From Eledone cirrhosa (taxonomy: Eukaryota): DNA of 64,000 nt. Under the pieces are notes generated by a model. It was given only the letters and a program-made list of their open reading frames with translations. It made no database searches and was not told where the DNA came from. The position numbers were made by a program, and so were the translations under genes. Positions within the stretch are counted from its first letter, which is position 1. Each line of letters starts with the position of its first letter. This document shows, piece after piece, positions 18,001 through 36,000 of the stretch. The stretch covers positions 421,042,001 to 421,106,000 of the forward strand of contig OZ024740.1 in the NCBI GenBank assembly GCA_964016885.1, read 5' to 3'.

Positions 18001-21000
18001 AATACCACCAATGTCAGCCTTCACCATTACATACCAATACCACCAATGTCACCCTTCACCATTACATACCAATACCACCAATGTCAGCCTTCACCATTAC
18101 ATACCAATACCACCAATGTCACCCTTCACCATTACATACCAATACCACCAATGTCACCCTTCACCATTACATACCAATACCACCCTTCACCATTACATAC
18201 CAATACCACCCTTCACCATTACATACCAATACCACCCTTCACCATTACATACCAATACCACCAATGTCAGCCTTCACCATTACATACCAATACCACCAAT
18301 GTCAGCCTTCACCATTACATACCAATACCACCAATGTCAGCCTTCACCATTACATACCAATACCACCAATGTCACCCTTCACCATTACATACCAATACCA
18401 CCAATGTCACCCTTCACCATTACATACCAATACCACCCTTCACCATTACATACCAATACCACCCTTCACCATTACATACCAATACCACCCTTCACCATTA
18501 CATACCAATACCACCAATGTCAGCCTTCACCATTACATACCAATACCACCAATGTCACCCTTCACCATTACATACCAATACCACCAATGTCAGCCTTCAC
18601 CATTACATACCAATACCACCAATACCACCCTTCACCATTACATACCAATACCACCAATGTCAGCCTTCACCATTACATACCAATACCACCAATGTCAGCC
18701 TTCACCATTACATACCAATACCACCAATGTCACCCTTCACCATTACATACCAATACCACCAATGTCAGCCTTCACCATTACATACCAATACCACCAATGT
18801 CACCCTTCACCATTACATACCAATACCACCAATGTCAGCCTTCACCATTACATACCAATACCACCAATGTCACCCTTCACCATTACATACCAATACCACC
18901 AATGTCACCCTTCACCATTACATACCAATACCACCAATACCACCCTTCACCATTACATACCAATACCACCAATACCACCCTTCACCATTACATACCAATA
19001 CCACCAATGTCAGCCTTCACCATTACATACCAATACCACCAATGTCAGCCTTCACCTTTACATACCAATACCACCAATACCACCCTTCACCATTACAAAC
19101 CAATACCACCAATACCACCCTTCACCATTACATATCAATACCACCAATGTCACCCTTCACCATTACATACCAATACCACCAATACCACCCTTCACCATTA
19201 CATACCAATACCACCAATGTCACACTTCACCATTACATACCAATACCACCAATGTCACCCTTCACCATTACATACCAATACCACCAATGTCACCCTTCAC
19301 CATTACATACCAATACCACCAATGTCACCCATCACCATTACATACCAATACCACCAATGTCACCCTTCACCATTACATACCAATACCACCAATGTCAGCC
19401 TTCACCATTACATACCAATACCACCAATGTCACCCTTCACCATTACATACCAATACCACCAATGTCAGCCTTCACCATTACATACCAATACCACCAATGT
19501 CACCCTTCACCATTACATACCAATACCACCAATACCACCCTTCACCATTACATATCAATACCACCAATGTCACCCTTCACCATTACATACCAATACCACC
19601 AATACCACCCTTCACCATTACATACCAATACCACCAATGTCACACTTCACCATTACATACCAATACCACCAATGTCACCCTTCACCATTACATACCAATA
19701 CCACCAATGTCACCCTTCACCATTACATACCAATACCACCAATGTCACCCTTCACCATTACATACCAATACCACCAATGTCACCCTTCACCATTACATAC
19801 CAATACCACCAATGTCAGCCTTCACCATTACATACCAATACCACCAATGTCACCCTTCACCATTACATACCAATACCACCAATACCACCCTTCACCATTA
19901 CATACCAATACCACCAATGTCACCCTTCACCATTACATACCAATACCACCAATACCACCCTTCACCATTACATATCAATACCACCAATGTCACCCTTCAC
20001 CATTACATACCAATACCACCAATACCACCCTTCACCATTACATACCAATACCACCAATGTCACCCTTCACCATTACATACCAATACCACCAATGTCACCC
20101 TTCACCATTACATACCAATACCACCAATGTCAGCCTTCACCATTACATACCAATACCACCAATGTCACCCTTCACCATTACATACCAATACCACCAATGT
20201 CACCCTTCACCATTACATACCAATACCACCAATGTCAGCCTTCACCATTACATACCAATACCACCAATACCACCCTTCACCATTACATACCAATACCGCC
20301 AATGTCAGCCTTCACCATTACATACCAATACCACCAATGTCACCCTTCACCATTACATACCAATACCACCAATGTCACCCTTCACCATTACATACCAATA
20401 CCACCAATGTCACCCTTCACCATTACATACCAATACCACCAATGTCAGCCTTCACCATTACATACCAATACCACCAATACCACCCTTCACCATTACATAC
20501 CAATACCGCCAATGTCACCCTTCACCATTACATACCAATACCACCAATGTCAGCCTTCACCTTTACATACCAATACCACCAATACCACCCTTCACCATTA
20601 CATACCAATACCACCCTTCACCATTACATACCAATACCACCAATACCACCCTTCACCATTACATACCAATACCACCCTTCACCATTACATACCAATACCA
20701 CCAATACCATTACATACCAATACCACCAATACCACCCTTCACCATTACATACCAATACCACCAATGTTACCCTTCACCATTACATACCAATAGCACCAAT
20801 GTCAGCCTTCAGCTTTACATACCAATACCACCAATACCACCCTTCACCATTACATACCAATACCACCCTTCACCATTACATACCAATACCACCAATACCA
20901 TTACATACCAATACCACCAATACCACCCTTCACCATTACATACCAATACCACCAATGTCACCCTTCACCATTACATACCAATACCACCAATGTCACCCTT

Positions 21001-24000
21001 CACCATTACATACCAATACCGCCAATGTCACCCTTCACCATTACATACCAATACCACCAATGTCACCCTTCACCATTACATACCAATACCACCAATGTCA
21101 GCCTTCACCATTACATACCAATACCACCCTTCACCATTACATACCAATACCACCAATACCACCCTTCACCATTACATACCAATACCACCCTTCACCATTA
21201 CATACCAATACCACCAATACCATTACATACCAATACCACCAATACCACCCTTCACCATTACATACCAATACCACCAATGTTACCCTTCACCATTACATAC
21301 CAATAGCACCAATGTCAGCCTTCAGCTTTACATACCAATACCACCAATACCACCCTTCACCATTACATACCAATACCACCCTTCACCATTACATACCAAT
21401 ACCACCAATACCATTACATACCAATACCACCAATACCACCCTTCACCATTACATACCAATACCACCCTTCACCATTACATACCAATACCACCAATACCAT
21501 TACATACCAATACCACCAATACCACCCTTCACCATTACATACCAATACCACCAATGTTACCCTTCACCATTACATACCAATAGCACCAATGTCAGCCTTC
21601 AGCTTTACATACCAATACCACCAATACCACCCTTCACCATTACATACCAATACCACCAATGTCACCCTTCACCATTACATACCAATACCACCAATGTCAG
21701 CCTTCACCATTACATACCAATACCACCAATGTCACCCTTCACCATTACATACCAATACCACCAATGTCAGCCTTCACCATTACATACCAATACCACCAAT
21801 ACCACCCTTCACCATTACATACCAATACCACCAATGTCAACCTTCACCATTACATACCAATACCACCAATGTCAACCTTCACCATTACATACCAATACCA
21901 CCAATGTCAACCTTCACCATTACATACCAATACCACCAATACCACCCTTCACCATTACATACCAATACCGCCAATGTCACCCTTCACCATTACATACCAA
22001 TACCACCAATGTCAGCCTTCACCTTTACATACCAATACCACCAATACCACCCTTCACCATTACATACCAATACCACCAATGTTACCCTTCACCATTACAT
22101 ACCAATAGCACCAATGTCAGCCTTCAGCTTTACATACCAATACCACCAATACCACCCTTCACCATTACATACCAATACCACCAATGTCACCCTTCACCAT
22201 TACATACCAATACCACCAATGTCAGCCTTCACCATTACATACCAATACCACCAATGTCACCCTTCACCATTACATACCAATACCACCAATGTCAGCCTTC
22301 ACCATTACATACCAATACCACCAATACCACCCTTCACCATTACATACCAATACCACCAATGTCAACCTTCACCATTACATACCAATACCACCAATGTCAA
22401 CCTTCACCATTACATACCAATACCACCAATGTCAGCCTTCACCATTACATACCAATACCACCAATACCACCCTTCACCATTACATACCAATACCGCCAAT
22501 GTCACCCTTCACCATTACATACCAATACCACCAATGTCAGCCTTCACCTTTACATACCAATACCACCCTTCACCATTACATACCAATACCACCCTTCACC
22601 ATTACATACCAATACCACCAATACCACCCTTCACCATTACATACCAATACCACCCTTCACCATTACATACCAATACCACCAATACCATTACATACCAATA
22701 CCACCAATACCACCCTTCACCATTACATACCAATACCACCAATGTTACCCTTCACCATTACATACCAATAGCACCAATGTCAGCCTTCAGCTTTACATAC
22801 CAATACCACCAATACCACCCTTCACCATTACATACCAATACCACCAATGTCACCCTTCACCATTACATACCAATACCACCAATGTCAGCCTTCACCATTA
22901 CATACCAATACCACCCTTCACCATTACATACCAATACCACCAATGTTACCCTTCACCATTACATACCAATAGCACCAATGTCAGCCTTCACCATTACATA
23001 CCAATACCACCAATACCACCCTTCACCATTACATACCAATACCACCAATACCACCCTTCACCATTACATACCAATACCACCCTTCACCATTACATACCAA
23101 TACCACCAATACCACCCTTCACCATTACATACCAATACCACCCTTCACCATTACATATCAATACCACCAATGTCTCCCTTCACCATTACATATCAATACC
23201 ACCAATGTCTCCCTTCACCATTACATACCAATACCACCAATACCACCCTTCACCATTACATACCAATACCACCCTTCACCATTACATACCAATACCACCA
23301 ATACCACCCTTCACCATTACATACCAATACCACCAATGTCACCCTTCACCATTACATACCAATACCACCAATGTCACCCTTCACCATTACATACCAATAC
23401 CACCAATACCACCCTTCACCATTACATACCAATACCACCAATACCACCCTTCACCATTACATACCAATACCACCCTTCACCATTACATATCAATACCACC
23501 AATGTCACCCTTCACCATTACATACCAATACCACCAATACCACCCTTCACCATTACATACCAATACCACCAATGTCACCCTTCACCATTACATACCAATA
23601 CCACCAATACCACCCTTCACCATTACATACCAATACCACCAATACCACCCTTCACCATTACATACCAATACCACCAATACCACCCTTCACCATTACATAC
23701 CAATACCACCAATACCACCCTTCACCATTACATACCAATACCACCCTTCACCATTACATATCAATACCACCAATGTCACCCTTCACCATTACATACCAAT
23801 ACCACCAATGTCACCCTTCACCATTTCATACCAATACCACCAATGTCACCCTTCACCTTTACATACCAATACTACCAATACCACCCTTCACCATTACATA
23901 CCAATACCACCAATGTCACCCTTCACCATTACATACCAATACCACCAATACCACCCTTCACCATTACATACCAATACCACCAATGTCAGCCTTCACCATT

Positions 24001-27000
24001 ACATACCAATACCACCAATACCACCCTTCACCATTACATACCAATACCACCAATGTCAGCCTTCACCATTACATACCAATACCACCAATACCACCCTTCA
24101 CCATTACATACCAATACCACCAATGTCACCCTTCACCATTACATACCAATACCACCAATACCACCCTTCACCATTACATACCAATACCACCAATACCACC
24201 CTTCACCATTACATACCAATACCACCAATGTCACACTTCACCATTACATACCAATACCACCAATACCACCCTTCACCATTACATACCAATACCACCAATG
24301 TCACCCTTCACCATTACATACCAATACCACCAATACCACCCTTCACCATTACATACCAATACCACCAATACCACCCTTCACCATTACATATCAATACCAC
24401 CAATGTCACCCTTCACCATTACATACCAATACCACCAATACCACCCTTCACCATTACATACCAATACCACCAATGTCACCCTTCACCATTACATACCAAT
24501 ACCACCAATGTCACCCTTCACCATTACATACCAATACCACCAATGTCAGCCTTCACCATTACATACCAATACCACCAATGTCACCCTTCACCATTACATA
24601 CCAATACCACCAATGTCACCCTTCACCATTACATACCAATACCACCAATGTCAGCCTTCACCATTACATACCAATACCACCAATACCACCCTTCACCATT
24701 ACATACCAATACCGCCAATGTCAGCCTTCACCATTACATACCAATACCACCAATGTCACCCTTCACCATTACATACCAATACCACCAATGTCAGCCTTCA
24801 CCATTACATACCAATACCACCAATGTCACCCTTCACCATTACATACCAATACCACCAATGTCACCCTTCACCATTACATACCAATACCACCAATGTCAGC
24901 CTTCACCATTACATACCAATACCACCAATGTCAGCCTTCACCATTACATACCAATACCACCAATACCACCCTTCACCATTACATACCAATACCACCAATG
25001 TCAACCTTCACCATTACATACCAATACCACCAATGTCAGCCTTCACCATTACATACCAATACCACCAATACCACCCTTCACCATTACATACCAATACCGC
25101 CAATGTCACCCTTCACCATTACATACCAATACCACCAATGTCAGCCTTCACCTTTACATACCAATACCACCAATACCACCCTTCACCATTACATACCAAT
25201 ACCACCCTTCACCATTACATACCAATACCACCAATACCACCCTTCACCATTACATACCAATACCACCCTTCACCATTACATACCAATACCACCAATACCA
25301 TTACATACCAATACCACCAATACCACCCTTCACCATTACATACCAATACCACCAATGTTACCCTTCACCATTACATACCAATAGCACCAATGTCAGCCTT
25401 CAGCTTTACATACCAATACCACCAATACCACCCTTCACCATTACATACCAATACCACCAATACCACCCTTCACCATTACATACCAATACCACCCTTCACC
25501 ATTACATACCAATACCACCAATGTCAGCCTTCACCATTACATACCAATACCACCCTTCACCATTACATACCAATACCACCAATGTTACCCTTCACCATTA
25601 CATACCAATAGCACCAATGTCAGCCTTCACCATTACATACCAATACCACCAATGTCACCCTTCACCATTACATACCAATACCACCAATACCACCCTTCAC
25701 CATTACATACCAATACCACCAATACCACCCTTCACCATTACATACCAATACCACCCTTCACCATTACATACCAATACCACCAATACCACCCTTCACCATT
25801 ACATACCAATACCACCAATACCACCCTTCACCATTACATACCAATACCACCAATGTCACCCTTCACCATTACATACCAATACCACCAATGTCACCCTTCA
25901 CCATTACATACCAATACCACCAATACCACCCTTCACCATTACATACCAATACCACCAATACCACCCTTCACCATTACATACCAATACCACCCTTCACCAT
26001 TACATACCAATACCACCAATGTCACCCTTCACCATTACATACCAATACCACCAATACCACCCTTCACCATTACATACCAATACCACCAATACCACCCTTC
26101 ACCATTACATACCAATACCACCAATACCACCCTTCACCATTACATACCAATACCACCAATGTCACCCTTCACCTTTACATACCAATACTACCAATACCAC
26201 CCTTCACCATTACATACCAATACCACCAATGTCACCCTTCACCATTACATACCAATACCACCAATACCACCCTTCACCATTACATACCAATACCACCAAT
26301 GTCACCCTTCACCATTACATACCAATACCACCAATACCACCCTTCACCATTACATACCAATACCACCAATGTCACCCTTCACCATTACATACCAATACCA
26401 CCAATACCACCCTTCACCATTACATACCAATACCACCAATACCACCCTTCACCATTACATACCAATACCACCAATACCACCCTTCACCATTACATACCAA
26501 TACCACCAATGTCACCCTTCACCATTACATACCAATACCACCAATACCACCCTTCACCATTACATACCAATACCACCAATGTCACCCTTCACCATTACAT
26601 ACCAATACCACCAATACCACCCTTCACCATTACATACCAATACCACCCTTCACCATTACATACCAATACCACCAATACCACCCTTCACCATTACATACCA
26701 ATACCACCAATGTTACCCTTCACCATTACATACCAATAGCACCAATGTCAGCCTTCAGCTTTACATACCAATACCACCAATACCACCCTTCACCATTACA
26801 TACCAATACCACCAATGTTACCCTTCACCATTACATACCAATAGCACCAATGTCAGCCTTCAGCTTTACATACCAATACCACCAATACCACCCTTCACCA
26901 TTACATACCAATACCACCAATGTCACCCTTCACCATTACATACCAATACCACCAATACCACCCTTCACCATTACATACCAATACCACCCTTCACCATTAC

Positions 27001-30000
27001 ATACCAATACCACCAATACCACCCTTCACCATTACATACCAATACCACCAATGTCACCCTTCACCATTACATACCAATACCACCAATACCACCCTTCACC
27101 ATTACATACCAATACCACCAATGTCACCCTTCACCATTACATACCAATACCACCAATACCACCCTTCACCATTACATACCAATACCACCCTTCACCATTA
27201 CATACCAATACCACCAATACCACCCTTCACCATTACATACCAATACCACCAATGTTACCCTTCACCATTACATACCAATAGCACCAATGTCAGCCTTCAG
27301 CTTTACATACCAATACCACCAATACCACCCTTCACCATTACATACCAATACCACCAATGTCACCCTTCACCATTACATACCAATACCACCAATGTCAGCC
27401 TTCACCATTACATACCAATACCACCCTTCACCATTACATACCAATACCACCAATACCACCCTTCACCATTACATACCAATACCACCCTTCACCATTACAT
27501 ACCAATACCACCAATGTCAGCCTTCACCATTACATACCAATACCACCCTTCACCATTACATACCAATACCACCAATGTCAGCCTTCACCATTACATACCA
27601 ATACCACCAATGTCACCCTTCACCATTACATACCAATACCACCAATGTCACCCTTCACCATTACATACTAATACCACCAATGTCAGCCTTCACCATTACA
27701 TACCAATACCACCCTTCAGCATTACATACCAATACCACCCTTCACCATTACATACCAATACCACCAATACCACCCTTCACCATTACATATCAATACCACC
27801 CTTCACCATTACATACCAATACCACCAATACCACCCTTCACCATTACATACCAATACCACCAATGTCACCCTTCACCATTACATACCAATACCACCAATA
27901 CCACCCTTCACCATTACATACCAATACCACCAATACCACCCTTCACCATTACATACCAATACCACCCTTCACCATTACATACCAATACCACCAATGTCAC
28001 CCTTCACCATTTCATACCAATACCACCAATGTCACCCTTCACCTTTACATACCAATACTACCAATACCACCCTTCACCATTACATACCAATACCACCAAT
28101 GTCACCCTTCACCATTACATACCAATACCACCAATACCACCCTTCACCATTACATACCAATACCACCAATGTCACCCTTCACCATTACATACCAATACCA
28201 CCAATACCACCCTTCACCATTACATACCAATACCACCAATACCACCCTTCACCATTACATACCAATACCACCAATGTCAGCCTTCACCATTACATACCAA
28301 TACCACCAATGTCACCCTTCACCATTACATACCAATACCACCAATGTCAGCCTTCACCATTACATACCAATACCACCAATGTCACCCTTCACCATTACAT
28401 ACCAATACCACCAATGTCACCCTTCACCATTACATACCAATACCACCCTTCACCATTACATACCAATACCACCCTTCACCATTACATACCAATACCACCA
28501 ATGTCAGCCTTCACCATTACATACCAATACCACCAATACCACCCTTCACCATTACATACCAATACCACCAATGTCACCCTTCACCATTACATACCAATAC
28601 CACCAATGTCAGCCTTCACCATTACATACCAATACCACCAATACCACCCTTCACCATTACATACCAATACCACCAATGTCAGCCTTCACCATTACATACC
28701 AATACCACCAATGTCAGCCTTCACCATTACATACCAATACCACCAATGTCACCCTTCACCATTACATACCAATACCACCAATGTCAGCCTTCACCATTAC
28801 ATACCAATACCACCAATGTCACCCTTCACCATTACATACCAATACCACCAATGTCAGCCTTCACCATTACATACCAATACCACCAATGTCACCCTTCACC
28901 ATTACATACCAATACCACCAATGTCACCCTTCACCATTACATACCAATACCACCAATACCACCCTTCACCATTACATACCAATACCACCAATACCACCCT
29001 TCACCATTACATACCAATACCACCAATGTCAGCCTTCACCATTACATACCAATACCTCCAATGTCAGCCTTCACCTTTACATACCAATACCACCAATACC
29101 ACCCTTCACCATTACAAACCAATACCACCAATACCACCCTTCACCATTACATATCAATACCACCAATGTCACCCTTCACCATTACATACCAATACCACCA
29201 ATACCACCCTTCACCATTACATACCAATACCACCAATGTCACACTTCACCATTACATACCAATACCACCAATGTCACCCTTCACCATTACATACCAATAC
29301 CACCAATGTCACCCTTCACCATTACATACCAATACCACCAATGTCACCCATCACCATTACATACCAATACCACCAATGTCACCCTTCACCATTACATACC
29401 AATACCACCAATGTCAGCCTTCACCATTACATACCAATACCACCAATGTCACCCTTCACCATTACATACCAATACCACCAATGTCAGCCTTCACCATTAC
29501 ATACCAATACCACCAATGTCACCCTTCACCATTACATACCAATACCACCAATACCACCCTTCACCATTACATATCAATACCACCAATGTCACCCTTCACC
29601 ATTACATACCAATACCACCAATACCACCCTTCACCATTACATACCAATACCACCAATGTCACACTTCACCATTACATACCAATACCACCAATGTCACCCT
29701 TCACCATTACATACCAATACCACCAATGTCAGCCTTCACCATTACATACCAATACCACCAATGTCACCCTTCACCATTACATATCAATGTCACCCTTCAC
29801 CATTACATACCAATACCACCAATACCACCCTTCACCATTACATACCAATACCACCAATGTCACCCTTCACCATTACATACCAATACCACCAATGTCACCC
29901 TTCACCATTACATACCAATACCACCAATGTCAGCCTTCACCATTACATACCAATACCACCAATGTCACCCTTCACCATTACATACCAATACCACCAATGT

Positions 30001-33000
30001 CACCCTTCACCATTACATACCAATACCACCAATGTCAGCCTTCACCATTACATACCAATACCACCAATACCACCCTTCACCATTACATACCAATACCGCC
30101 AATGTCAGCCTTCACCATTACATACCAATACCACCAATGTCACCCTTCACCATTACATACCAATACCACCAATGTCAGCCTTCACCATTACATACCAATA
30201 CCACCAATGTCACCCTTCACCATTACATACCAATACCACCAATGTCACCCTTCACCATTACATACCAATACCACCAATGTCAGCCTTCACCATTACATAC
30301 CAATACCACCAATGTCACCCTTCACCATTACATACCAATACCACCAATGTCAGCCTTCACCATTACATACCAATACCACCAATGTCAACCTTCACCATTA
30401 CATACCAATACCACCAATGTCAACCTTCACCATTACATACCAATACCACCAATGTCAGCCTTCACCATTACATACCAATACCACCAATACCACCCTTCAC
30501 CATTACATACCAATACCGCCAATGTCACCCTTCACCATTACATACCAATACCACCAATGTCAGCCTTCACCTTTACATACCAATACCACCAATACCACCC
30601 TTCACCATTACATACCAATACCACCCTTCACCATTACATACCAATACCACCAATACCACCCTTCACCATTACATACCAATACCACCCTTCACCATTACAT
30701 ACCAATACCACCAATACCATTACATACCAATACCACCAATACCACCCTTCACCATTACATACCAATACCACCAATGTTACCCTTCACCATTACATACCAA
30801 TAGCACCAATGTCAGCCTTCAGCTTTACATACCAATACCACCAATACCACCCTTCACCATTACATACCAATACCACCCTTCACCATTACATACCAATACC
30901 ACCAATACCATTACATACCAATACCACCAATACCACCCTTCACCATTACATACCAATACCACCCTTCACCATTACATACCAATACCACCAATACCATTAC
31001 ATACCAATACCACCAATACCACCCTTCACCATTACATACCAATACCACCAATGTTACCCTTCACCATTACATACCAATACCACCAATACCACCCTTCACC
31101 ATTACATACCAATACCACCCTTCACCATTACATACCAATAGCACCAATGTCAGCCTTCAGCTTTACATACCAATACCACCAATACCACCCTTCACCATTA
31201 CATACCAATACCACCAATGTCACCCTTCACCATTACATACCAATACCACCAATGTCAGCCTTCACCATTACATACCAATACCACCAATGTCACCCTTCAC
31301 CATTACATACCAATACCACCAATGTCAGCCTTCACCATTACATACCAATACCACCAATGTCAACCTTCACCATTACATACCAATACCACCAATGTCAACC
31401 TTCACCATTACATACCAATACCACCAATGTCACCCTTCACCATTACATACCAATACCACCAATGTCAGCCTTCACCATTACATACCAATACCACCAATAC
31501 CACCCTTCACCATTACATACCAATACCGCCAATGTCACCCTTCACCATTACATACCAATACCACCAATGTCAGCCTTCACCTTTACATACCAATACCACC
31601 AATACCACCCTTCACCATTACATACCAATACCACCCTTCACCATTACATACCAATACCACCAATACCACCCTTCACCATTACATACCAATACCACCCTTC
31701 ACCATTACATACCAATACCACCAATACCATTACATACCAATACCACCAATACCACCCTTCACCATTACATACCAATACCACCAATGTTACCCTTCACCAT
31801 TACATACCAATACCACCAATGTCAGCCTTCAGCTTTACATACCAATACCACCAATACCACCCTTCACCATTACATACCAATACCACCAATGTCACCCTTC
31901 ACCATTACATACCAATACCACCAATGTCAGCCTTCACCATTACATACCAATACCACCCTTCACCATTACATACCAATACCACCAATGTTACCCTTCACCA
32001 TTACATACCAATAGCACCAATGTCAGCCTTCACCATTACATACCAATACCACCAATGTCACCCTTCACCATTACATACCAATACCACCAATACCACCCTT
32101 CACCATTACATACCAATACCACCAATACCACCCTTCACCATTACATACCAATACCACCCTTCACCATTACATACCAATACCACCAATACCACCCTTCACC
32201 ATTACATACCAATACCACCAATGTCACCCTTCACCATTACATACCAATACCACCAATGTCACCCTTCACCATTACATACCAATACCACCAATACCACCCT
32301 TCACCATTACATACCAATACCACCAATACCACCCTTCACCATTACATACCAATACCACCCTTCACCATTACATACCAATACCACCAATACCACCCTTCAC
32401 CATTACATACCAATACCACCAATGTCACCCTTCACCATTACATACCAATACCACCAATGTCACCCTTCACCATTACATACCAATACCACCAATACCACCC
32501 TTCACCATTACATACCAATACCACCAATACCACCCTTCACCATTACATACCAATACCACCCTTCACCATTACATATCAATACCACCAATGTCTCCCTTCA
32601 CCATTACATACCAATACCACCAATACCACCCTTCACCATTACATACCAATACCACCAATACCACCCTTCACCATTACATACCAATACCACCCTTCACCAT
32701 TACATACCAATACCACCAATACCACCCTTCACCATTACATACCAATACCACCCTTCACCATTACATATCAATACCACCAATACCACCCTTCACCATTACA
32801 TACCAATACCACCAATGTCACCCTTCACCATTACATACCAATACCACCAATACCACCCTTCACCATTACATACCAATACCACCAATACCACCCTTCACCA
32901 TTACATACCAATACCACCAATACCACCCTTCACCATTACATACCAATACCACCAATGTCACCCTTCACCATTTCATACCAATACCACCAATGTCACCCTT

Positions 33001-36000
33001 CACCTTTACATACCAATACTACCAATACCACCCTTCACCATTACATACCAATACCACCAATGTCACCCTTCACCATTACATACCAATACCACCAATACCA
33101 CCCTTCACCATTACATACCAATACCACCAATGTCACCCTTCACCATTACATACCAATACCACCAATACCACCCTTCACCATTACATACCAATACCACCAA
33201 TGTCACCCTTCACCATTACATACCAATACCACCAATACCACCCTTCACCATTACATACCAATACCACCAATGTCACCCTTCACCATTACATACCAATACC
33301 ACCAATACCACCCTTCACCATTACATACCAATACCACCAATACCACCCTTCACCATTACATATCAATACCACCAATGTCACCCTTCACCATTACATACCA
33401 ATACCACCAATACCACCCTTCACCATTACATACCAATACCACCAATGTCACACTTCACCATTACATACCAATACCACCAATGTCACCCTTCACCATTACA
33501 TACCAATACCACCAATGTCAGCCTTCACCATTACATACCAATACCACCAATGTCACCCTTCACCATTACATATCAATGTCACCCTTCACCATTACATACC
33601 AATACCACCAATACCACCCTTCACCATTACATACCAATACCACCAATGTCACCCTTCACCATTACATACCAATACCACCAATGTCACCCTTCACCATTAC
33701 ATACCAATACCACCAATGTCAGCCTTCACCATTACATACCAATACCACCAATGTCACCCTTCACCATTACATACCAATACCACCAATGTCACCCTTCACC
33801 ATTACATACCAATACCACCAATGTCAGCCTTCACCATTACATACCAATACCACCAATACCACCCTTCACCATTACATACCAATACCGCCAATGTCAGCCT
33901 TCACCATTACATACCAATACCACCAATGTCACCCTTCACCATTACATACCAATACCACCAATGTCAGCCTTCACCATTACATACCAATACCACCAATGTC
34001 ACCCTTCACCATTACATACCAATACCACCAATGTCACCCTTCACCATTACATACCAATACCACCAATGTCAGCCTTCACCATTACATACCAATACCACCA
34101 ATGTCACCCTTCACCATTACATACCAATACCACCAATGTCAGCCTTCACCATTACATACCAATACCACCAATGTCAACCTTCACCATTACATACCAATAC
34201 CACCAATGTCAACCTTCACCATTACATACCAATACCACCAATGTCAGCCTTCACCATTACATACCAATACCACCAATACCACCCTTCACCATTACATACC
34301 AATACCGCCAATGTCACCCTTCACCATTACATACCAATACCACCAATGTCAGCCTTCACCTTTACATACCAATACCACCAATACCACCCTTCACCATTAC
34401 ATACCAATACCACCCTTCACCATTACATACCAATACCACCAATACCACCCTTCACCATTACATACCAATACCACCCTTCACCATTACATACCAATACCAC
34501 CAATACCATTACATACCAATACCACCAATACCACCCTTCACCATTACATACCAATACCACCAATGTTACCCTTCACCATTACATACCAATAGCACCAATG
34601 TCAGCCTTCAGCTTTACATACCAATACCACCAATACCACCCTTCACCATTACATACCAATACCACCAATGTCAGCCTTCACCATTACATACCAATACCAC
34701 CCTTCACCATTACATACCAATACCACCAATACCACCCTTCACCATTACATACCAATACCACCCTTCACCATTACATACCAATACCACCAATACCATTACA
34801 TACCAATACCACCAATACCACCCTTCACCATTACATACCAATACCACCAATGTCACCCTTCACCATTACATACCAATAGCACCAATGTCAGCCTTCACCA
34901 TTACATACCAATACCACCAATGTCACCCTTCACCATTACATACCAATACCACCAATACCACCCTTCACCATTACATACCAATACCACCAATACCACCCTT
35001 CACCATTACATACCAATACCACCCTTCACCATTACATACCAATACCACCAATACCACCCTTCACCATTACATACCAATACCACCAATACCACCCTTCACC
35101 ATTACATACCAATACCACCAATGTCACCCTTCACCATTACATACCAATACCACCAATGTCACCCTTCACCATTACATACCAATACCACCAATACCACCCT
35201 TCACCATTACATACCAATACCACCAATACCACCCTTCACCATTACATACCAATACCACCCTTCACCATTACATACCAATACCACCAATGTCACCCTTCAC
35301 CATTACATACCAATACCACCAATACCACCCTTCACCATTACATACCAATACCACCAATACCACCCTTCACCATTACATACCAATACCACCAATACCACCC
35401 TTCACCATTACATACCAATACCACCAATACCACCCTTCACCATTTCATACCAATACCACCAATGTCACCCTTCACCTTTACATACCAATACTACCAATAC
35501 CACCCTTCACCATTACATACCAATACCACCAATGTCACCCTTCACCATTACATACCAATACCACCAATACCACCCTTCACCATTACATACCAATACCACC
35601 AATGTCACCCTTCACCATTACATACCAATACCACCAATACCACCCTTCACCATTACATACCAATACCACCAATACCACCCTTCACCATTACATACCAATA
35701 CCACCAATACCACCCTTCACCATTACATACCAATACCACCAATGTCACCCTTCACCATTTCATACCAATACCACCAATGTCACCCTTCACCTTTACATAC
35801 CAATACTACCAATACCACCCTTCACCATTACATACCAATACCACCAATGTCACCCTTCACCATTACATACCAATACCACCAATACCACCCTTCACCATTA
35901 CATACCAATACCACCAATGTCACCCTTCACCATTACATACCAATACCACCAATACCACCCTTCACCATTACATACCAATACCACCAATGTCACCCTTCAC